Below are positions 48,557 through 56,231 of a stretch of DNA of 64,000 nt, piece by piece. Each line of letters begins with the position of its first letter. Within the stretch, counting starts at the first letter, position 1. Made by a program: the position numbers and the translations under genes. Origin of the DNA: Candidatus Bathyarchaeota archaeon (GTDB taxonomy: Archaea > Thermoproteota > Bathyarchaeia > Bathyarchaeales > Bathycorpusculaceae); contig CAVTBV010000006.1 in the NCBI GenBank assembly GCA_963733095.1, positions 32,001-96,000 on the forward strand, given 5' to 3'. The notes under the pieces are model-generated. The model did not search any database. It worked only from the letters and a program-made list of their open reading frames with translations, and had not been told where the DNA came from.

Positions 48557-50473
48557 TTGTTAATCAAAGAAGTCATCCTTGAAAATTTCATGAGTTACGA
48601 ATACGCCAGAGTCCCCTTTAAACAAGGCGTAAATATAATTGGAGGGCCAAACGGCGCAGGGAAATCCTCCCTTCTGCTGGCTATCTCAGTTGGTTTGGGG
48701 CAAACCTACACTGAACGCTCCCGAAAACTAAGCGATTTAATCCGTTGGGGACAAGACCAAGCCCGAGTCACACTCATCCTCGACAACAGCAAACAAGGCA
48801 ACAAACGTCCAGTCTCAAAATATAGCAAAGACCAACTCTTCCTAACCCGCGTACTGCGACGAGATGGAAAATACTTTTTTGAACTCGAAAACCGAGTTGC
48901 CAGCAAACAAGACATTGAACGGTTGCTCGGCAAATTCGGAGTTGACCCCGACAACATGCTAATCATCATGCATCAGAACATGGTGGAGCAATTCAGCGTT
49001 TTAAGTAATGTAGAAAAACTGTATATGGTTGAAGCAGCCGTGGGTTTGGAACCTTTCAGAGAAAATGTCGTGCAAGCCAAAACCAAACTGATGCGTATAC
49101 TGAGCCAAGAAGAATCAGTCAGCAAACTCCTTGAGCAAGCCCAACAAACCTTGGCTTACTGGCATGAACAATACGAGAAGTACCAAGAGAAAAAGCAGTT
49201 ACAGCTAAAACGCCGGTTTTTGGACCGTGAACTAATCTGGGCCGAAGTTGAAAAACGCGAAGCCGCAATCAAGGATTTACAGACCAAGTTTAACAAGAAC
49301 CAACAGTTTTTGGGCAAGATTGAAGATGACCGACAAGCAATAATCGGCGAACTCGATGGCTTACAGACAAAGCAGCAAACCTTGAAGGACAAAGCCAGTA
49401 CTGTTTTTGAACAGCGAGTAAGCTTAGAACGTGAGGTTGCACAAAACGAATCGACCTTATCGTTTATTGAACAGTTGCTCACCGAAGCCCAAGCTATAGA
49501 AGCCCTTGCCAATAAGAGCCAGTTTAAGCTTCTTCGAAGCAAGAACCTTGAAAAAATGCTGGAAACCTCCAGACAAAAAATCGAAAAAGCAAACGAGGAA
49601 ATTAAAGAAACCAAACAAATGAATCTTAAACTCGATGACTCTTCTGAGAAAATTTCCTCCGAGACTCTGGAAAAACGTGTAACTCTTGGTTTGCTGGAGT
49701 TTAAGCGGGCAAATGCAATCGCTGACATGAAAAACATCGAGAAATCGATTAAGGAAGCCGAAGAAAACCTCAGTGTTGCAATCCAAAAAGCTCAACCTTC
49801 TGGCGAGCGCATAGCAGTCCTTAAAAGTAACGCAGAAATCCAAGACGAAATCGCCTTAACCAATGGGCACTTAGCTGCGTTGGCTGACGTTTCAGAGGAC
49901 ATTGAACGTCAGTATGAATCGTACTCAAAGCTTTATTTAGAACTAAAAGAGAAGGCGCAGTTGGTTGCCGAGAACCGCGAGAAAACTCTTGAAGAAGTCA
50001 AAACCCGCATGCAATCTTGGCGGACCGTTATGGAGAATCTGATTGAACGGGTAAATGTTGAATACCAGAAAATTATGAGTCAAACCCGTGCAACTGGAGA
50101 AGTGAAGCTTTCAAGCGTTCAGGATGTTGAGACTGCTGGGCTTGAGATTTATGTTGGGTTTAAAGGAAGCAAACCCGTAGCGTTGGACGCTTACACGCAA
50201 AGCGGTGGCGAACGAACCACAGCGACTATGGGTTTTCTTTTGGCTTTGCAGCAGCATGTGCGCTCCCCCTTCCGTGCAGTCGACGAATACGACATTCACA
50301 TGGACCCCAAAAACCGAGAAATGATAGCTAAAGTCCTTGTTGCAATGATTAAAGATGCCAGCGCACAATACGTTGTGATTACTCCCAGCCAAATTACTTT
50401 TGCACAACAGGACGCTAACGTCATCACTGTGCAGAACCTTGAAGGAAAATCAATCGTGCGTGAGGTTGCCTAA
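48557..50473 (+). CDS. short SMC-family ATPase with SMC5/6-like head (ClsN/ASRP/arcadin-4-related)
   Basis: LENFMSY, GPNGAGKSS Walker A, IIMHQN Q-loop, coiled coil, QSGGER signature, PFRAVDEYDIHMD Walker B/D-loop, VITP; 638 aa with no hinge or zinc hook visible. Confidence 0.9.
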   Translation: MLIKEVILENFMSYEYARVPFKQGVNIIGGPNGAGKSSLLLAISVGLGQTYTERSRKLSDLIRWGQDQARVTLILDNSKQGNKRPVSKYSKDQLFLTRVLRRDGKYFFELENRVASKQDIERLLGKFGVDPDNMLIIMHQNMVEQFSVLSNVEKLYMVEAAVGLEPFRENVVQAKTKLMRILSQEESVSKLLEQAQQTLAYWHEQYEKYQEKKQLQLKRRFLDRELIWAEVEKREAAIKDLQTKFNKNQQFLGKIEDDRQAIIGELDGLQTKQQTLKDKASTVFEQRVSLEREVAQNESTLSFIEQLLTEAQAIEALANKSQFKLLRSKNLEKMLETSRQKIEKANEEIKETKQMNLKLDDSSEKISSETLEKRVTLGLLEFKRANAIADMKNIEKSIKEAEENLSVAIQKAQPSGERIAVLKSNAEIQDEIALTNGHLAALADVSEDIERQYESYSKLYLELKEKAQLVAENREKTLEEVKTRMQSWRTVMENLIERVNVEYQKIMSQTRATGEVKLSSVQDVETAGLEIYVGFKGSKPVALDAYTQSGGERTTATMGFLLALQQHVRSPFRAVDEYDIHMDPKNREMIAKVLVAMIKDASAQYVVITPSQITFAQQDANVITVQNLEGKSIVREVA

Positions 50474-51300
50474 TGCAGACCGTGAAACATAACAAGAAGC
50501 TGGGCAAAGAAAAACTGGAACGCATAATTGAAATGTGCCTTGCCATAGAAAACCACACTGTCGAACCCTTCACACTCAACATTGACGAAATAATCAAAGT
50601 CGTAAAGGAATATTTCCCCAATTGGGCAGACACCGAAGAACTAAAACTCGACGCCGAAACCCTTCACCACTTAGCCACCGTAATTAAAATTCAAAGCGAA
50701 TGGGTAAAACAGCGATCAAACTCGCTCTACGCGGACCCGTTCTTGTTGGAAGAAAAAATCCGCCAAACCAGCAAGCAGGGCATAGTTGATGTGTTTTTGG
50801 CGGCTTGGAGTCCGCTGGTTGAGTTTGAGCAGCTTAGTCTCCACCGTCTGGCACAGGGGTTGCTGTATTGGGGTGCGTTGGCTCCTATGGGTGATCGCTG
50901 GAAAGACATAGATGTTTCCCAAGTTGCCATGGGTTCAGTTAGCCGCGACGAGCTGGTTAAGCAGCGGGTTTTAAGTGACCGCGAATTTTCTGAGGAGCTG
51001 GAGTGTTACTGGCATGAACTCAAAGTTAAAGTCCAAGAAAAAGGGGCAGCTGGTAAGGTTGCCTACTGGGATTTCATCGGTGCCGACACGTACGAGGAAA
51101 CGGTGCAGCGGGCTTTCTTGACGAGTTTTCTGGTAACTTATGGTTATGCCACATTAGAGATTGATAGGTTAGAAGAGTCAGTCTTCATTTTGCCCTTCGA
51201 TAAGCCCCGCAAAGAAACACTTACGGAGCAGTCGACGTCGGTTCCAATCGCTGTGTCGTGTCAAGATTGGCAAAAATGGAAACGAGGCGAAAAAATTTGA
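50473..51300 (+). CDS. putative kleisin (ScpA-like N-terminus, Nse4-like C-terminal winged helix)
   Basis: VEPFTLNIDEII...LATVIKIQS and YWDFI..DTYEETVQRAFLTSFLVTYGYATLEID; TAATG coupling to the SMC gene. Confidence 0.68.
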   Translation: MQTVKHNKKLGKEKLERIIEMCLAIENHTVEPFTLNIDEIIKVVKEYFPNWADTEELKLDAETLHHLATVIKIQSEWVKQRSNSLYADPFLLEEKIRQTSKQGIVDVFLAAWSPLVEFEQLSLHRLAQGLLYWGALAPMGDRWKDIDVSQVAMGSVSRDELVKQRVLSDREFSEELECYWHELKVKVQEKGAAGKVAYWDFIGADTYEETVQRAFLTSFLVTYGYATLEIDRLEESVFILPFDKPRKETLTEQSTSVPIAVSCQDWQKWKRGEKI

Positions 51301-51941
51301 GCAGCAAGAAAAAAGGTGTCTACGCAGGCAAAGTCAAGAAAGCAACCCAGATGCTCTTCTACAAACGCCACCAGAAACCTGGCGTAAAAGGGTGGGAACT
51401 GCACAAAGCCTTGGGTTCCGATTATCCTAAAGTGCTGGATTTGTTGGAGGATTATCTAAAGCCGCTTGATTTGCAGGTTAAAGTGGTTTTTGAAGAGGAA
51501 AAAGCCCCTGAAAAACCAACCCTCGAGGAGCTGGATAAAGCCCGATTCTTCGTTGCGCTCGCAAACGGCTCAGTAATAAAAGATAAGCTCATGGGTTGGC
51601 GAGTCGACGATTTAGCAGGTCTAGCCATAACAATAAGCTACATAATCAGCAAAAAAGGACAAGCTGCACGAAAAGACATCGAAAAAATGTTAGCTGAAAA
51701 AATGCCAAACTGGAAAATCGGTTTAAACCTTGACAGATACATCCGCTACGGCTACCTTATGCAGGACGAGAAGGGGCAGCTTTTCTTGGATTGGCGTACA
51801 CGCGCGGAAGTTGACCAGAAAGCGCTCATCAACATGCTGCTTAACGCGGAGAAACAAGCTGAAGAAGCCGCCGAACCCGCATCCCAAGAGCAGGAAACCG
51901 GAGACTCAGAAGAAGCTAACACAGAAGAAGAAACCAAGTAA
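51297..51941 (+). CDS. putative KITE subunit (tandem winged helix, Nse1/Nse3-MAGE/ScpB-like)
   Basis: LDRYIRYGYL..DEKGQLFLDWRTRAEV WH2 ending; acidic tail; TTGA overlap with the preceding stop. Confidence 0.62.
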   Translation: MSSKKKGVYAGKVKKATQMLFYKRHQKPGVKGWELHKALGSDYPKVLDLLEDYLKPLDLQVKVVFEEEKAPEKPTLEELDKARFFVALANGSVIKDKLMGWRVDDLAGLAITISYIISKKGQAARKDIEKMLAEKMPNWKIGLNLDRYIRYGYLMQDEKGQLFLDWRTRAEVDQKALINMLLNAEKQAEEAAEPASQEQETGDSEEANTEEETK

Positions 51942-51942
51942 G

Positions 51943-52509
51943 CTAAACCGCTAAAACAGCAATATAACAGTTCACGGCTTCTTCATCCACAAACGTATTA
52001 ACCTCCATCCCTGAACCGTCAAGGATATCCATGAATTTTTCTAGCGGAAATGCCTTCTTGAGCCCCGTAACAATAATCCTGCCACCGGTCCCAGCAACGC
52101 GCTTTAGCTCTTGCAGGGTTTCGGAGGGTTTGGGCATGTTCTGCAATATGGTAAAGGCGAATATGGCGCCAAAATAGCCGTCTTTGAAGGGCAGGTGGTC
52201 GGCGTCAGCTTGAAGGATATGGGTGTTTTGGAAGGGGTAAACGTGGGATTTGGCTTTTTGAAGGAGTATGCGCGAGAAGTCAACGCCTATGGCTATTTCA
52301 ACTTTATCGGCAACTTCACGGAAAAATAGTCCCGAGCCGCATCCAACATCCAAAACCTTTTTTCCCTCTAAATGAACGTTTTCCAGCGCCTTATCGTATT
52401 TCCTCTGCTGCTCCTCGCCGTACTGCTCATCGTAACTCGCCGCTGTCACATCATACCGCCCCATCACCTTGCGCTTCTCTTTCCAAGCCTTCAACGCGTA
52501 ATCCTTCAA
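51943..52509 (-). CDS. class I SAM-dependent methyltransferase
   Basis: VLDVGCGSG, GVDFS, ADADHLPFKDG and ELKRV motifs. Confidence 0.9.
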   Translation of the reverse strand: MKDYALKAWKEKRKVMGRYDVTAASYDEQYGEEQQRKYDKALENVHLEGKKVLDVGCGSGLFFREVADKVEIAIGVDFSRILLQKAKSHVYPFQNTHILQADADHLPFKDGYFGAIFAFTILQNMPKPSETLQELKRVAGTGGRIIVTGLKKAFPLEKFMDILDGSGMEVNTFVDEEAVNCYIAVLAV

Positions 52510-52555
52510 GAAATCTTATGTACCCAAACCCACCCTAAATAGTTGGCTGAAACCT

Positions 52556-53350
52556 ATGCTGCAAAACAACAAACTCACAGTCCTAAAAGAGCCCTCTATC
52601 GCGGAAGCCGCTGTTCTCATCGAAAAAGCCTTCGCCCAACGAAGAACTCTTGTCGTCGCAGGTACCTGCCATGTCCACTACGTCGGCAGAGCACGCAGCA
52701 CCCTCGAAGAGGGCGAACGCCTCCTCATAATCAAATCCGACGGCAGCCTCCTCGTTCACCGCCCAGTCGGTTACGAACCCGTCAACTGGCAACCCGCAGG
52801 CAGCATCTTCCACGTCGAAATCAAGCAGGAAGGACTCGAAATCCACGGCGTGCGCCAAAAACCCCGCGAAAGCGTCCGCGTAACCTTCAAAAACATCTAC
52901 ATGCTCAGCGCCCTCCAACTTACCGATGCAGGAGATTTCCTTTTGCATGCCAGCGAAGACGACATGCACCGCGCCATTCTCCTCAAACCCGAACTCCTCG
53001 AAGAAGGGTTTAAGCCGATTAGCTGGGAGAAAAAAGTGGAACCCGGCTTCGTAGATATCTACGGGGAAGACAAAGATGGCAAACTCGTCATCGTGGAAGT
53101 GAAACGCAAAATAGCGTCCAAAGAAGCTGCGCTCCAGTTGGCTAAGTACATTGAACCCATAAAAGCCAAGGTGAACCGTGAAGTCCGCGCGGTTTTGGCT
53201 GCTCCGAGTTTGGGGAAGGATGTGCAGAGGTTGATGGTTACGCTTGGATTAGAATACAAAGCTCTGGATCCGAAGGTCTGTGCTGAAGTGCTCAAGAAGA
53301 CGGAGAACTCTAAACTCGAGAGTTTCTTTAACCAAAAAGAGGTTGTCTAA
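52556..53350 (+). CDS. nucS: mismatch-specific endonuclease NucS/EndoMS
   Basis: C.VHYVGRARSTL..GER, KSDGSLLVH..PVNWQP, VDIYGED...VEVKR and QLAKY motifs. Confidence 0.95.
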   Translation: MLQNNKLTVLKEPSIAEAAVLIEKAFAQRRTLVVAGTCHVHYVGRARSTLEEGERLLIIKSDGSLLVHRPVGYEPVNWQPAGSIFHVEIKQEGLEIHGVRQKPRESVRVTFKNIYMLSALQLTDAGDFLLHASEDDMHRAILLKPELLEEGFKPISWEKKVEPGFVDIYGEDKDGKLVIVEVKRKIASKEAALQLAKYIEPIKAKVNREVRAVLAAPSLGKDVQRLMVTLGLEYKALDPKVCAEVLKKTENSKLESFFNQKEVV

Positions 53351-53720
53351 ATGAACAGGAAAGTGGTAGCCGTTGCCTTAGTAGCGGTTCTCGCAGTCTC
53401 AATCAGCCTATTATCCTTTACTCTCAAAACCAACCAGAACCCAACCAAACCAACGTATACACCCCAACAGGCACCTTAAACTACGCACCAGGACACGCAA
53501 TCTACCCTGGCACCTCAACAACCACCGTAACTCCATCCCTTTCGCCCAGCCCATGCGCAATAATGTTCTCGGAACAAGACGGACACGGTGGCACAACTAA
53601 CCGTACAGTCGACGCCTTCATCTATGTCAACTTCATCGGTCAATTTACGTTTCCACCAAACTCCTCCTCTGGCATAGGCTTTCCCACAGTCAGTCTGACG
53701 TAAAACAGCTCGCCTTAAGA
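53351..53720 (+). pseudogene. disrupted secreted/membrane protein remnant
   Basis: MNRKVVAVALVAVLAVSISLL signal/TM followed by an early stop at 53479; 3' end approximate. Confidence 0.4.
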
Positions 53721-53763
53721 TGCAAAAAAATATGCCTAAAACAAAAGAAAGAGAAGAAAAAAA

Positions 53764-54948
53764 TTATTCTTCTTCTGAGGGGAGACCGATTTTGCGTAAG
53801 TAATCTTTGGCGTATTTGGGGTTGTAGGCTAAGAGTTCTTTGCTGCGAAGTAAGCGGCGGTCGAGGCGGTCGAGGGCGACGCGGAAGGTGGGTTCGATGC
53901 CCCAACCTTCGGATGCGCTGTAGAATGTGCCGCGGGCGGTTCGGAATTGGAGGCGGCAGTGGACTAGGGGGGTGTCGCGGACGCCGTTGTTGCCGTGGCT
54001 TTTCATGTAGACGAAGAGGGTTCCGAGTTGGAAGGCTTCTTGGTAGCGGTGGGAGAATGAGTCAAATTCGTCCATCATGTATGCTTGTTGGTCGGCGGAC
54101 ATTTCGACGCCTTTGGTGCCGAATTGGATGGTTAATTTGCGTTGCGCTTCGCCTCCAAGCTGTGAGATGGGTTCCAGAAAATCGAGTTTGGTTACGACGC
54201 CGACGAGGCGCTCGTTTGCGACGACGGCGACGCAGGAAATGTTGTGTTCATGCATCTTTTTCTCCGCCGCCTGTAGGCTCGTCTTAGGGTCTACCGTGAT
54301 GGCGGGGCTCGACATGATGCCTTTAACCGCGACGCCCAACGTCTCGATTTTTTCGCCCACCATGTCGCCTTGGGTCTGGTGGCGTTGAGGCCAATAGATG
54401 TTCTGCAGGATGTCTTCCATGCTGACCATGCCGACGAGTTTGCCGGCCTCCAAAATCGGAACGTGGCTGATGCCGTATTCCCGCATCAAACCCAAAACTG
54501 CGCCGACACTTCGGTTAGACTCCAAGGTGTGGGGGGCGCGGCTCATGACTTTTTCAACGTCGGTTTTGCCCCAACCGTTTGTTACCGCGCCGTGGATAAC
54601 GTTCTCGTCAGTTACAAACCCCAGCAACTTACCTTTCTCGAAGAGAGCCAGTTGGCGCATGCCGCTGCCGATCATAAGCTTCGCCACTTCACTCAAAGAA
54701 ACATCCCCGCTGACCTGGGGTGCAACCTGCATGAGTGAACGTACCTTGGCGACGGTGGGGTCAAGGCGCGAACGTAGAATTGCCCGTCGAGTAATCATGC
54801 CGATGTACTTGCCTTTTTCATCTAAAACGGCGAGCACCGGAGGCATGCCCTTCTTGAAGGCTTCTAGGCACCTGGAGAGTGTGTCGTTGTCTTGAACTGA
54901 GTTAAATCCTGTGGAAAAAATATCCTTTGCAGAAACAGATATGGGCAT
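53764..54948 (-). CDS. four-CBS-domain protein fused to a C-terminal HPF/RaiA-like domain (putative ribosome hibernation factor)
   Basis: two CBS pairs, then LTIQFGTKGVEMS...FYSASEGWGIEPTFRVALDRLDRRLLRSKE. Confidence 0.8.
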   Translation of the reverse strand: MPISVSAKDIFSTGFNSVQDNDTLSRCLEAFKKGMPPVLAVLDEKGKYIGMITRRAILRSRLDPTVAKVRSLMQVAPQVSGDVSLSEVAKLMIGSGMRQLALFEKGKLLGFVTDENVIHGAVTNGWGKTDVEKVMSRAPHTLESNRSVGAVLGLMREYGISHVPILEAGKLVGMVSMEDILQNIYWPQRHQTQGDMVGEKIETLGVAVKGIMSSPAITVDPKTSLQAAEKKMHEHNISCVAVVANERLVGVVTKLDFLEPISQLGGEAQRKLTIQFGTKGVEMSADQQAYMMDEFDSFSHRYQEAFQLGTLFVYMKSHGNNGVRDTPLVHCRLQFRTARGTFYSASEGWGIEPTFRVALDRLDRRLLRSKELLAYNPKYAKDYLRKIGLPSEEE

Positions 54949-55283
54949 AAGATTTCACTGGAAAGCTATAGTGAGAAGGAGAATTTAAACGTTAATAAGC
55001 CCAAATTTGCCATGGCGCAGAGGGTGAAATCTTGTTAAACACCTTAACCCCAACATGCTTCATCCTCCATCGGAGGACCCATAACCACATAACCTAGACT
55101 TGGTTTAGTGGCTTGCAGGTCACCAATTAAAGATTGCTGCTTTCTCAGGTTTTTTCCGTGAGAACCCAAGTTTTTTCAAGCAATATTTATATCAAAAGCA
55201 CTTTATTCACATTTTAATCTATAATTTAGAGGGCGTTGGACTAATCTTTGCCTGGCGCCAATTAAAATCTTTGGTGGTAAAAT

Positions 55284-56231
55284 ATGCCGTTAAAAACCAT
55301 AAAGAAAGATGCGGCAGACGCTTTAACATTAGAATGGGTTTTGCAAGTTAAGGATTACAAGTTAATCCTTGACAAGAACCGCTGTGTCGGTTGCCAAGTG
55401 TGTACAGTGGCTTGTCCAAAAGAAGCCATAAAAACCGAGAAACAGCCTAAACTCAAGGGAGAAAAGGCAAAGAAAGCCAAAGTTGACGTTGACTTGACAA
55501 AATGCAACTTCTGCGGAATCTGCGACGTCACCTGTCCATATGGGGCAATCAAAGTAACCCTAAACGATACACACAACCTACCTATCCTCGAAAAAGACAG
55601 TTACCCCCAAATGGTCCGAGACTTCGCCGTAGATACAAGCAAATGCGAAAAAGAATGCGTTGAATGCGAAAACGCATGCCCACTCAAACTCATAAAACTC
55701 TCAAAAGTTGGCTTCGACGGCATCCCAGTCCAAAACGTCCTGGCTCTCACACCAAACGAGAAAAAACGTGTCCAAATCAGTCTTGACGTCCAAAAAGATT
55801 ACTGCCCAACTTGCAAAATATGTGAGCTCAAATGTAAGCAGGGCGCTTTAAAAGTCAAAAAAGCTTTCGAAGGAAAAACAGAAATAATCCAAGCAAAGTG
55901 CCCTGAAGGTTGCACTGATTGCTTAGATGTTTGCCCTATCCCTGGAGCACTAGTGCTGGGTGAAGACAAGAAAGTACACGTTAACGATTCATTATGTACC
56001 TTCTGCGGCGCATGCAAGAATGTTTGTCCAGTGGAAGATGCTTTGCGTGTAAAACGCACAAAAGTCCTGCATACACCCATCCATTCGGGCACATGGAACA
56101 AAGCCTTAGAACGAATAACCAGCTCCGCTGACGCAGCTAAGGAATTAAAAGCCCAAGCCGCCGTGAACAGACGCAAAGTCGTCGAGAAACGATTCGTGTC
56201 TGAGGCGCTCAAAACGGAGGAACTCAAATGA
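55284..56231 (+). CDS. polyferredoxin (FwdF/MvhB-like)
   Basis: about six CxxCxxCxxxC(P) clusters. Confidence 0.88.
   Translation: MPLKTIKKDAADALTLEWVLQVKDYKLILDKNRCVGCQVCTVACPKEAIKTEKQPKLKGEKAKKAKVDVDLTKCNFCGICDVTCPYGAIKVTLNDTHNLPILEKDSYPQMVRDFAVDTSKCEKECVECENACPLKLIKLSKVGFDGIPVQNVLALTPNEKKRVQISLDVQKDYCPTCKICELKCKQGALKVKKAFEGKTEIIQAKCPEGCTDCLDVCPIPGALVLGEDKKVHVNDSLCTFCGACKNVCPVEDALRVKRTKVLHTPIHSGTWNKALERITSSADAAKELKAQAAVNRRKVVEKRFVSEALKTEELK

Noticed and set aside
48557-53350. Wadjet/MksBEFG defence system or Rad50-Mre11
   Set aside because: No JetD/MksG Toprim nuclease or Mre11 nearby, no zinc hook, and gene order and sizes differ; nucS is separated by an opposite-strand methyltransferase
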